Both the position numbers and the translations under genes were made by a program. A stretch of 64,000 nucleotides of DNA from Phoronis australis (lineage: Eukaryota > Animalia > Phoronida): NCBI GenBank assembly GCA_002633005.1, contig NMRA01000397.1, positions 29,722 to 93,721 of the forward strand. Reading direction: 5' to 3'. The notes under the pieces were generated by a model. The model ran no database searches, had not been told where the DNA came from, and saw only the letters and a program-made list of their open reading frames with translations. Positions 34,577 to 47,356 of this stretch are shown here, one piece after another. Each line of letters opens with the position of its first letter. The stretch's first letter is position 1.

Positions 34577-37500
34577 TTACGTAAGCTAATGTCTTGCCGA
34601 CTCAATACGGGTGTCATTCAATAAAAGCAAAAATATTGTTAAAAGCGAGACAAAAGTTTACTTCATTGGCAATGACATATGACATGACATAAAACAAAAA
34701 TTTTCTTTATGTACGGAACGCGTCCGCGTGAGCAGTAATTTGTTTGCTACTGGAAAAGACTCGCCGGAGTTTGTTTTTGCAGTACGTGTTTCAGGGTGCT
34801 CCATCGAAACTGGAACCCCGGTGAAAACAAATATCTCGGAGTCGAAGGAGGACTCCCGCGCCTTCAAAAAAGCTAACCATACCGGCAAATATGAACCACC
34901 TACCTTTATTGTATGAGAATTTTAGACAAACTTATGATGAGTTGGCTTTCAACATTATTCTACTGCAAAAGTTATGGAGCGATCCCAGGGGCGGATCCAG
35001 GATTTTTAAAAAGAAGATTTTCGTTGCCCATCTCGTAGTGTAACGCTGCATTTTCCAAACGCAAACCATTCTTAATACTATTACATGGCCTTCATTTTTG
35101 AACAATGGATTACGTGAAACTTTTTGTTGGAATTGTATCACAAACCTAGTGCTTTTCAAGCGTACTTAACCATTTAGCTTTAAGGGTTTTCATTTTCATG
35201 ACATTTGGTGCTTTATGCCGAATCTGTGTCTAAGGGCCACGAACTGCAATGTAATAATATTTCTATATACTTTTAAGACGCATAAGTCTTCGACCGGCAC
35301 TTGACAAGCAAAATAGAACTGTTGGTCATTCCCAATGGAGTTCTCATACCTACGAATGATTTCCCTTGAACACTAAGGGACTGTTGAATGTGTGGCGGGC
35401 ATAATTTCACAAAAGACTGCTTCAATCTCTGTTAGATAAATTATTGGTCAGAACTAGGTAGCTTTTTCGTTGGGGCGTATTTTATGTAGGTAAAATGCGT
35501 GAGTTTGCATTTTGGCCTTACAGCTTTAATTCTTCCAGGACATAGTGAGGCAGGAAGGTTGCAATCATATTCTTGAAGGGTGGTTAGGAGCTCATGCGAA
35601 GCGGACACGCCGGTTTAGTGAAATCCGTCATCAAACAAAACGTGGGTGACTGGGTTGCGTCCGCATGGGGTACGGTGTACACTTATTTCGTACAAATATA
35701 ATACTTATTAAAATTGCTTTGACTGAAAACCAGACGTTAACATAACTATAGGAAAGACGTGAATGGAGACTTCTGAGTTTAGGTACGTACAGTATACGCT
35801 TTTGCGCATGCCGCAAGTGTGGGTTATATTGTGTAAGGACAAAATCCGAGGTGGTTCGAAGAGAAAAACGTGTGTGTTCAATATGATGTATTAAAGGCTA
35901 CTGGTCTGATAGTATAACGACATAACATATAACATTCAAGTGAACCTATTCGACCAATCAGAATGTGCGCCAAATATAAAACTAACCAATGGGGAAACAG
36001 GAAATACCTAAGCTAAAAAACCATGAAAACCTGTCATAAACACATTCCAATAGCAATTAATTTTAATAAGGTCACCAATCATTACTGCTGGCCAGAGCAG
36101 CAGGGAAACTAATAAACCATGAAAAACTGTCATAAACGCATTCCAATAGCAAACGTTTTGTTAGAGAGTCACTAAAACATGCAAGAACACATTTCAATAC
36201 ACAGCCATGCCTGCTGCTTGATCTGTTCGTACAAGATCCAAAGGAGTCCAGCCATGCACAGTGCATTGGTGGACATCGCGCCTCAAACCGATTCTGGTGC
36301 ACGATTTAATCTCTGTTTTAACATCATTTACGGCGTAGATTCTTATGCACCGGCAAATGCCTCGATGCGTTCCAAGTGTTGGAAGTAGTGGAGCAATAAA
36401 AAGTGTGAATTTCATCACCCGCTACGTTTTTAATAAAAGACACTTAGATCGACATCTCAGCCCTCTATTTCCACATCCTGCTCCCATGAAAGTGCTTGCT
36501 AATTATTCGAAAACACATTTCTGTAATATAGTGCGTCGCGTAGTTGAAAGTCGAGAAAGGCGTGTCGTTAACCATTCGCGGGTGCACTGCACGGATTCAA
36601 TGTTCACCTGCCCTCAGTATTCGAGTCCCCAGACAGTTGTTACTGATCGCTACGTATTCGGCTAAATGCCCATCAATATTTGAGTAAGCACACGTTATCG
36701 AGTTTTTAACATTTTACAATTAAGCAACATTTTTTGTTGTTTTTTAATTTTGTGGGTCTCTGTAATCATACGTTTTGCACTGTTTCTTTGATCAGCCATG
36801 TACATGTAACAGCCGTTTTGTTGCTGTTTCCGGTATTTTGTTTGCCTTTCTTAAAATATGAGCACAAGCGTGGTGTGACCTGACCATATCCTTTATCCTA
36901 CGAACACCACAAGATAGCAAACGGTGGTATTTCTAAGCTAAGGACGGTTTAAAATATAATTATTTTTTCATGGTCTTAATCAGGCGAATACTAGAGAAGT
37001 AGACTAAGACGACTGTGCATCTGATATATACACATGTGCAAGCCATAGTAACAGCAACAATAAACAGTCTATGAGTAACTGCAATCTAACACAGAATGGT
37101 ATAAACAACATGCGACAGGTAATGCATTAACACCCCATTCACAAAGACAAACATGGCAAAAGATAAGTAACCTTGCTGACAAATATTAACCGTCTGGAAA
37201 CCCCATGTTGCATTAACATTGACCAAATATATCTGTAGAATATCGAAATTGACTTGCAACAACTTAGTTAACACATAGTTACATACACATAATAATACAC
37301 ATGGTATTGAGCTATGGGTCCACCCAGCCATAAACTGGATCNAATAATAGTTTGATTACTATGACATTGATTTCATGTATTTAAAAAATAGGTGAAGTCA
37401 TTGCGGTTGGTCAATGTAAACATAGCCATTTGAACCCTAAAATGCATTGACTTCATGTACTTTGGGCCCACTGAGTACACTTGGCCCCAGAATTCAAAAA

Positions 37501-37799
37501 AAAACTGGGTCAGAAATTATGGGAAATTTGGAATCTGTAAACAGGAAGGTCCAGTGAAGGTTTTCAGAGGAATTCAGCTTTCTTCCCACCACAAACAGCT
37601 GAGGATTTAGCTAGTTGAATTTGCACTACTCTGTTACTTACTAAACGGTGAATACGCAGTCGACATGTAGTAACAATCGCCTCGAGATACAATGTGTAGT
37701 TACAAATCATACGTAGAATAACGATGTATTGAAATGTTTTTAGCAAAATGTTGGTGTTAATGTTGTCCATTGTATAGACAATAAAGTCTTTGATGTTGA

Positions 37800-37870
37800 T
37801 AGGCAATGACCATCGCCTCTGTTGGCCCGAACTTCTGGTTTGGGCCAACAGAGGCGATGGTCATTGCCTA
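37800..37870. mobile_element. 71-bp TIR-only mini-element with perfect 9-bp TSD
   Basis: tgatgttga|TAGGCAATGACCATCGCCTCTGTTGGCCC...GGGCCAACAGAGGCGATGGTCATTGCCTA|tgatgttga; 29-bp perfect arms. Confidence 0.9.
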
Positions 37871-40800
37871 TGATGTTGATGACCTTACGCCTATCGGTGA
37901 GCCAGACTTTAGACTCGATCGCTAAACAATTAGAAATGAATCGAACGTTTTCCGTTAGAAATGCACATAAATACATAAATAAAATCCCAGGCAAAAGGTA
38001 GATTAGGTCATACTTGGGAGAGCATAAAAACCAAATAAATCGATAACTCGCTTCAGAAATTGGACTTCTTTGAGCCAATCGAGGCGTCAATGTGCTTTCG
38101 AAATAAGCCACCACTGTTTTGCTTTCGGCGACCTTTCCGACCTCTCTGAGGTCATCAGGCCATTTCGAAATAAGACACCCCGTAATTCATTTTGGGACTG
38201 TATTGTCGGACTTGACGAGCACGAGGGCGTGTCTTTTTGGTCAACTTTCAAACGTAAAGAAAAATACTCAAACCCATCTAAAACTCACTATATTTACGAA
38301 ACCTACTAAAAAAGTTGAACGCCATGACATAATACAGGTTTCATACAAGATAGGTAACGTTTACTTTATTTTATACTATTTTTCACGTTCCAAGCCACTT
38401 TAAAGAAGCGATGGCAATCTTCAAAAACCCTCTGGGGGATCTTTATTAAAGTTGGCTAGTGTATGCGAAATTAACAACAACATTTGGACGGATCCGAAAA
38501 CACTGTGCCTCCCTAGTTGTCTTCTGTGTCTTTGAAACTCTTTGACAGATTTTTACGAAATTAAATAGGTTTCTAAAAAAGAATTGACTGGTTCCCGTTT
38601 TCGAATAGATTCGACGTATACCGACGATTTTATTATGAAATTTGCAAATTTTGTTTCTATTAAAGAGACTATGATGCCTTCTTTTTTTCAAACGGATTTG
38701 GCGCATTCAAACCGCTAGAAGGATCATTATTTAAATAAGGAGATGTATTCTTCTTGATGAGGAGACAGAAACTGAAGTTGATTTTCGGATGTGTTCAACT
38801 ACTCTGGTATCCCCTAGTGGCATTTTTTTGCATCCAGGCTGTGTCTGCTTTACTTTTGCAATATTTTTCTAAAATTTCTTCGAGTCCGGTATTGCGTGTA
38901 ATTTGTGTCAGGATTTGATTGCAGTTCCTTGCAGTCAACGTCTTTTGTTAAACTATCGGGTGAATACTTTGTGAAGAAAAACAACTGTTTTGGTATTGGA
39001 TATGTTTAAGAGCATTGATGCATGATAGGAAGACTGGCTACAACAGTATATTTTCGACACTCTCATATTGAGTGTGGAAGACAACCAACATCGTTGGCCC
39101 GGGTGGTTAAGTTTAAATTTTGAGATGAATTCAGAATGACAGCCGAGTGTAGAACAGAATGTCATTCGGGTTTGTTCTTCATATCTTTTTAACTTGCCTA
39201 CAGTCGCAGTTGGCCTATCCTGGATTGAATTTTTCTCCTTTGTAGAGGTAGAAAAATGCATGACATTACTTACCTCCTTTTCAAAGTGTGGGGCACTCTT
39301 GAGTACTGAAAATTTTTTATCAATGATAGGGAGAGTATAAATATCACCATTACTTAAATTAATGTGTTGTTTGCTGTGCAAATTTGTTATTCTAGTTAGT
39401 GCCAAATAAGTGTAATTATAATTTCTGTCTTTAGCTAAAAACAAGTTTAAGGGAATTTGTCGTAACCATCAAGTTAATATTTTAACAACGAAACGAATAA
39501 ACAACATAAAACGAAACAAATAATTCGACGGGACTATTTTGGTGTTCTTCTGCATAATAAAACTATAAAAAAGAAAGTAAAAAAGTGTGAGGGGAGGCCA
39601 GGGGGAAAAGCTGGATCAATCATAGAGCACAAGGCACTGACGTGAACTACGATTATAGTTTTCCCAAGGACAATTACTACAAAACAACCACTAATAATCC
39701 AATTCTTGAGACCTCCGCCTCACCTCTCACTTTACAAATATTTTAAAGGGATATTGTTCGCGAGGAGAATAATTTTAGAGAACTTGATTATCAGTAGTAT
39801 AGCCCAGAATCGATCCCTCAACTTTGGCATACACAGCGGCATGATTTATCGTTGATCCAAATCTCACGCGTTACGTAACAGAATAATTTATGGGTATTTC
39901 AATGATAAAGACACCGAAACTAATTTCAGCGAATGTCCAGTGATTCATTACAAAATCACAAAAATACTATAGATTTTGTTGGTTTATAACCCTGGTCAAA
40001 GTTAGGAACTTTGATTAAGAAGTCTACCCCCATCCAACAACAATTCCAAAAAAAGCATTTTCGGTCAAAGATGATGTCATTGTGTCCTCTACATTACATA
40101 TCGTTGGGAAACTGGTTGACCTTCTTGTGGGATTGACCAATTCCAAAACCTGGCCGTTTCATGCATTCGGTTCAAGATTTGATCATATTTCACTAGGCTT
40201 GCCTTATAAACATCTACACAAACAAGCGACAGGTCCACTTTGCCACTTCCTATACAGGCGGAATTTGGCTGTGATGCATAAATTTAAAAAGGCTTGACAG
40301 GGATGGCTGCATTATGGTGACGGTGGAGACATGGGAATAAGCACTTGCAAATTCTGGATGGCGTAATATGGGAATGCTCCAACCCTCGTCTGTTTCAATT
40401 TTAAGCACTCGGCAGTTGCTCCTAATTGGTGAAGTGTGGTAAAATAGCGGCGTTGAAAAATAATCTAAAACTATAGTTGGTGCGCAGTTATTTTTCTGTG
40501 AGTCTTACAGATCAAAACTCACTTTGAATCAAGGAAGTACGTTTTTGAAACAATTAAAACAGCTCATGAGAAAGTAAGCACACTGTAAAGTACAGGTGAA
40601 CTTGAAAACCTGGACAGTGTGGGCATTATTAGGAGTAGCAGGGGATGGAGGTTACATATAATGAGAATTTGTGCATGCTGGTATACGTAATGCCCCGATT
40701 TGAACACACCTTCTTCCACGAGCCAGCTGGGTCGATCCTGCGTATCTGTTGTGAGAACTGGCATATTGTATCACTGGCGTCATTCATTTACGCATATCCC

Positions 40801-41767
40801 ACTGCCCGTCGTGAGGTAAAACAACTGCTTGCTGACACTTCTGCTGAACGGCGTTATTAGTATGACCAGGGCGGTGTTACTTTTGATAACCTTGCTGTGG
40901 GCTTATACCTTTGGTTTACCTTTTCCAGACGGTATGTTTCTCAATATATTTCGAACATTTTTTTCTTGGGAATTGCCTTATTGAAGCTATATGAACCACT
41001 TCCTACTTTAAATGGGGTAACAGCGCGCCAACCCGCACATTCTGTCAAAGAAAACGGGCCCGTGACTAACGGTTTGTGGTCTACAACATTTTTGCGACGA
41101 CGGAAGGCGGCTTCCCGTGTATATCAGGTGCTCAAAGTACATGTACTTCCAATCGTAAACAAATATTTCTCAATTTTGAAATGTAAGCGTAACTCATAAA
41201 TCGCAAATTGCTACCACTGAAATGAACCACTTAATAAAATTCAACACGAATTAAACACTGGAATTTTCTTGGAGAGGACCCCCAAACCCTCAATGTTGCG
41301 TCACGTCTCCTATGCTCAGATCGATAACGCTTGGACAAAATTAATGAGGCAGGCCGGATGAATATTCTATCCTACCCCCGAACAGCAAATTGCACCTGAT
41401 GGCTTTTACCAATCTCAAAATAGCACTCTAAGAAATTGGTATTACTGCGAATTTCGACGTAGGTTAATGAAATTCTGTCAGTTCTATACCATTTGCCCCT
41501 CTTCCCACAAGAGGCAAGCCACCAGAAACTCTGGTACCAGCGTTTCTGAGAAAAATCCTACGCTAAAGTTTGGGGTTTTGTTACCCAACGCCTAAGCGAG
41601 CCTGTCCCAATCGATTCACGAATTAGGCTCCTGGCTCTTTTAGCCGCTGGCTGAAGAGCAACTATTTGCTAATTTCTCTTACAATGCATCGACTTTAAGA
41701 ATTCAAAGACGGCTACTATTTACTTCTCTAGTTTAAAAACTGTCATACTGGTCGTTTGCCCTGCCTG

Positions 41768-41784
41768 TTATTATTATTATTATT

Positions 41785-41841
<57 letters not shown>
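41768..41841. repeat. Compound (TTA)n(TTG)n microsatellite
   Basis: Directly visible. Confidence 0.97.
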
Positions 41842-44800
41842 AATTTTTTTACTTTGAAACTCGTACGTTAAACTGGCCTGTTGGTTCACTACCGCAATCA
41901 TCTGATCCAGTACCTTCAGCCAAGCCCATGAATAGCTCACTTCAATCCGTGACGGCGCCATCAAGCCTTTGGTGTGCCGAGGACTTCATTGGATATTACG
42001 GGTAAACTGTGCACGCTTTCTCGTCCCGACTCATTTGCGTGCAAACCTTGTTCGCAAACGATTTGACAAATGAACAGTCCCGCCTGGCCAGATAGTCTGA
42101 AAATTTACTGGCCCGGCTGCCAAATTGCTGGCCCTGCTTTTAGCATCCTATCTACGTTTTTGTCAATCGTTTCGTGTACACTATTAACTCTAGTTGAGGT
42201 GTATACATAAACACTACGTAAGCTGTGGTTACGAAATAAAAGCACCGTACTGGATTCAACCAATAGTTTTGCAAAACACGTTTCATCAGTAAATAGCATA
42301 GTGGGATTTATGGAAGGGACAGGCCTCCCCTTGGAGGCTGCAAGAAATAAAACAGCAAACGCGCGAGGAAAATTTGAGATTATTAATTAACCTTGGTAAT
42401 TTACGGCCAAAACAAGATTTGACAATGTGTGGAGTTACTGTTAGTGTGTGAGTGAATGTGGGGGGCTCAGAATCGACTTCAAGTGTCTGATTCAGACAAC
42501 CGGCAACTATGCATGGCTAAGTTACGCCGCTCCCTGTCGATATGCTTGTGATATCACAGGCGGCCGGCGCTGCGCACAACCACTCCGATTCCGTCGTCTG
42601 CTCCACTGTGTAATGAAGACAATTACTTCATTTTTTTCAAAGCAAATGGAGTCTGAGTGACGACGAAGAAACAGAAGCTGCTGGTAAGATGTAAATTTTA
42701 ATGGATGAATCACTCAAATACTTGTAATTCTCTTTTTGTCAGACAAGACGATTTGCAAAGCAAGCGCGTGGTTAATGCCAACACGAAAATGTATTTGATC
42801 TTTTGGGCAACTTAAGACTGTTTTAAACGAAACAACTTTTGCAATAAACTGGTTGCACAAAATATTAACGTGCAATAAACATTACAGGAAGGAGCAGGTT
42901 CGCGTGCCAAACGGTGTGGACCACAAACAAGTAGGCCTATGTCTCTAGCATTATGGTTTATTCGGAAGCGTGGAGGCGCAATGGAAGAGTGCGCGCTCTC
43001 GTCGCGAGTTCGTGTCCATCCAATTTATAATTTTCCATTTTTGAAACACAAGTAGCAATACCGCGGTTAAACTGTTTAACTGCTTTAAAACAAGAATTGC
43101 TAATAAATTTGTTTATTTAAAAAATATTCTTTCATGGGGTGATCTTAATACTTTCAGATTATGAATAAGTAATTTGGGTATGCGTCATGACCACATAAAT
43201 TATGTGCCTGCTTCAGGCACATAATTTATCCATGCCCATAGCCAGGGGGGTCCTGGGGTTTGATGGAACCTCCCCCCGCGGAAAAGGTCGAACCCCGGCC
43301 TATCCGCTAAAGATGGGATATAGGTGGACAACAACAACAAAATTGTTACAGCTTCTGGCACTTGTAACTACAATGATAACTAAGTCAGTAATATTTTTGA
43401 ATTTAGCTCACGTATAATCGGACCGTACCCGGTCAACTTCGCCTGAATGGTGGCTGATGATAGGATCGTGCATACGATTAGAGGCTTTGTGTTATTCATT
43501 GGCATTGAACGCGCGTGGTGGCTACAACATAGGGTAACATGGGAGCCTAGAAGTAAATGTCTATACCTAGATAGGCTATATAGCCGTGAGTGCCGTGTGA
43601 ACGCCTTAAGACCAAGAAACAAAATAGTAGAAAGTAGGTTTATCTATTTTGATAGTGGCAGAGTACGATAAAGTGCAGACATTTTCAAATAATGGGTAAC
43701 GCGGGAACATTTTCTTTCTGGACCACATTACATCCGAATTTGGGTCCCGTTCTTTGTGAGCAACCGTCAGGGCATCCGAATTCCGTCTGATCTTGAGAAC
43801 ATAGAGCTCAGAGTCGTCGTTGTGTAGGCCCTTATGTATAGATTTCGTAAGGGGCCTTACCAAAACCTCTACACTGTCGAGGTTTGCGAAATATCAAAGG
43901 TAAACCGTACTAGAAATTCGAACCACCCCCGCTCAATGCAAGCTATGGGCCTGGACTATCTGTTCGCCATCGAGACAAAAAAGGTACGTAAAGCAGGTGA
44001 AAGTCTAGAATCAAATGCGTTTTTTATTCCGGGCAACTTATCAAGTTGAAAACTTGCCGGACGTCGGATTCCAGAATGTTATCTGGGTCGTGAGATTTAC
44101 ATGCGTTAGTCGCAATTATCGACCTGGCCAAGGAAACGGTTTTTATACTCCAGAAATCAAGGAAATTGCTCATTTTCAGAGGCTAAAACAAAAGTTTCCC
44201 CTGGGCGAACCCCCCTTCCGACCTCCCCCATTCGTCGTTTCGAGCCTTTAATATCAGTCGCACTCTAAGCGCGATTGTCTACAAGACAAAATGTTGCCCC
44301 CCCCCTCTTATGATATCCTAGATCAGCCACTGCATAAAACTGTAGGTTAGAGTTCTATGAGTAAACAAAGTGAACAGGTTGACCGCGGATTTATTGCCCA
44401 GAACTGAGGTTCACTGAAACTTGTTGGTGTTCAAAAGGTGTGACTCGGGCAAACAAAATTAGTCAATAGACCTTTTTAATTTACTGAATATAAGGTTACA
44501 TCCACATAAGGCCTATGTGAAAGTTTACTGGCAAGCCGGGCCAGTAACTTTTAAAAGTTACTGCCCCACCAGCAAATCCAATGACCATGAGCACGCGTGT
44601 ATTTCGAACACTGGTCCCTTTTGGCAGTATTCCTGAGTTCTAACACATAACTCCAGCTGAAATTCCTATGGTCAAATGTGAGAGAGGAGGTAATACAGCA
44701 TATGCTGTAGCGGCTTCTCGCGAATGGTCCAGTTTAGTGGAGGCAACAGTTTGTCAGAGTCGAATTAGTTTGGGCCCAAATATTCTTTACCTTCTTGCGG

Positions 44801-44873
44801 GTCTGATGAATTTTAAAGCTACCAAGAAACGAGTATGATCTTTGCAAAATGGTTTACTTGCATTCACCCATAG

Positions 44874-45899
44874 CCTTTGTTAACGCAGACTTTTCCGACG
44901 GTCCTTCTCCATCAACGCGGCTTCCATTACGAACAACCACGTCCATAGCACGCGGCAAGTGGAACTCAATCCTCGTAGTTCCAGGAACGAAATGGTGTGG
45001 TGCCGGTAATAACGCCAAAGACGTCCTCGACTTGGGTAGGTTACAAGAAACGGCGCAGACTAGCTTCCACTTTCATGTCACTGTTTGAAGAGCGCGAATA
45101 AGACTTTGTCGAAACTTTTACAGTTGCTTGAATTTTTTTTATGCCTTTGCCCGATTTTTTAATTCTTGAGGCATGTATTAAATACATTGCTCTTCGACCC
45201 CAAACAAATCTCTTTAAGACACATCGATGGTACTGAAGCAAAATTTCATTCCACAGTTTTCAAGTCGGAACTGTAGCCCAATATTCCTCATAACTTTAAT
45301 TATTTATCTGGTAACTGAAATTATTTAGAAGAAATTACTTGACAAATTAGACTTGATTGATTCGAAAGTTACTCTCATTAAGCATAGAAAATTAGGTAGC
45401 TTACGCGACGGTGCCAGCTGCTTCAAGAATTATTTATATTTCGGGGGTAACTGAAGAAAAATGATTCTTCATCTACTCGATAAAATGTATAGCAGTAGTT
45501 CTAAAAATGTCCAAGAGGCATACGCGTTCGACACTTTCAATAATGAAAATGACTGCCACATTTTAGAATCGCAAAGGCACAAATCGTGATAAGCTCAGGG
45601 AAATATAAAACCAACGTCATAGACTCCACACAAACTGACAACTTGAAAACACATAAAACTGGTAATTTGATTTATGCAGAAAGAGTTTATAGTCGCAGCT
45701 TGGCGTAAATTCTGTAGATGGGTATAGACACATTCTTATCATTTCAGGTTACGCAAATGAAACGGACGCTTGCTGTCGAGAGCATGACCACTGTCCCATG
45801 TGGATATCCAGTTTTAAAACCAAATATAATTTGTATAATAAGTTTCCCTGGACATTGGTCAGCTGTGAATGTGATACGAAGTTTTATAACTGTCTAATG
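44874..45899 (+). CDS. Group III secreted phospholipase A2 (bee-venom/PLA2G3-like), partial
   Basis: Exons 44874-45035 (ILVVPGTKWCGAGNNA Ca2+ loop) and 45748-45899 (TDACCREHDHCP catalytic His-Asp; SCECDTKFYNCL) join in phase 1; 5' and 3' exons unresolved. Confidence 0.88.
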
Positions 45900-47248
45900 G
45901 TAAGTTTCTTACATGGTACTTGAAACAGGTGTGTTAAAAATAATGTACGCCGCGTCTACGAAAACGAATCAACCGCTGCTTCCTTCACTTCGCCCTTTGC
46001 CGCATTATCAATAGTAGTGAGCATTTGAAAATGAGTTGTTGATGTTCAGTTTAAACAGATATACTGTGACAAGTTAAGTTCTTAAAATGCATTGTTGTTA
46101 CAAATACNATCACAATCATAAGGCAACAGATTCATACATACACAGAGCCTGAGCAGTGCAAAATGACTTTAATAAAAGACATGTGCACAAATTGCTTCAA
46201 ACAAAACAGTATATTTCTTAGAAACGTAAGTCAATGTGCATTTGACAAAACATGAAAATTAGGTATTTCGATAATACTAGTGGTGCCAACATTCAGAATA
46301 AAAGGCACAATCTTAGATGAAGAGTTACAAATTTCTACTGAGCTGACTGTACACTGTAGCAAAGACTGAAGATAGTACAATAAACATGACACCTCCTTTG
46401 TATGAAATTTCCCAGAAACACGCTCATCACAATTAATCAAATTGCACACTTTGGTGACTATTCGTTGTTAGCTGTATTTACTGATGCAACAGCGAACAGA
46501 CACACAAAAAACATATTAAGTAAAACTATTAGACTAATGCTACGTGTTCATGTTTTACAGTGCTTCCTTACATTGATCTTATGGATTAAATATAACACAA
46601 AAGAGGAAAAGTTTTAAAGACGGCTATAATGAAAACAAAGTACACAGCTACAAAATCTTGATTTGAATACAAGAGTACCTGCCAACTCATGTCAAAGTAT
46701 GAGTTGCATGATTCTATGAAAAATCTTTAGAATATCCAAGGTCTAGTTTAAATGGCACTGTGTGCAAAAACTTGATGAACAGAGACCCGTTCCAAGAAAC
46801 TGACTTAAGTACAATTTTGACTTAAGTCTTAGATTTATCTCAACTTCCAAACTTTGAAATTTCCATATGTGGTATTAAAAGTCAAAATTGGCTGAAAATT
46901 AAGATTTGTCTTAGCTACGTAAGTTTTCTTGGAATGGGCCCCTGGTCCTCAGTGTTGAGAACTGCTAGCATTTAAGGTAGTGTCTAACACCGACATCAAC
47001 ATACAGCTAAATACAGATTGTATAATACAGTCCAATCAGTCGCACAATTTTCTTTCACAATAATAAGAAACATATCATGCACAGGTGTTAACGGTTTGAT
47101 GAATTAATGAGACCCCTCACAGCATGCCGATGAACAGAATGTACCTACACATTCAGGTATCACCAACTTGAACAGCTACTACATGCAATGGGGTTGAGAT
47201 GAAAAGTTCATGGAATGATTCTGCTGGCAACAAAAGTAAAGCACCCTA

Positions 47249-47356
47249 TTATTTGCTGCTGGCAGGGGTGGGCTGCACGGTGACATTTTCCTTAATCCAC
47301 GGATGTTCTAATACTTCAGGCAATGGTAGTCGAGTCATAGGGTCATGCCTTAGTAA
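47249..47356 (-). CDS. AURKA: Aurora last coding exon
   Basis: [38 protein letters not shown]. Confidence 0.93.
   Translation of the reverse strand, partial: LLRHDPMTRLPLPEVLEHPWIKENVTVQPTPASSK

Noticed and set aside
41743-41964. Poly-Asn ORF
   Set aside because: Translation of a microsatellite.
42962-43020. tRNA-like sequence (also ~30925-30990)
   Set aside because: Degenerate A/B boxes without a cloverleaf; at most SINE remnants.
44874-45899. Parvoviral (endogenous virus) PLA2
   Set aside because: Cys-rich, intron-split group III signature; no capsid or NS1 sequence.
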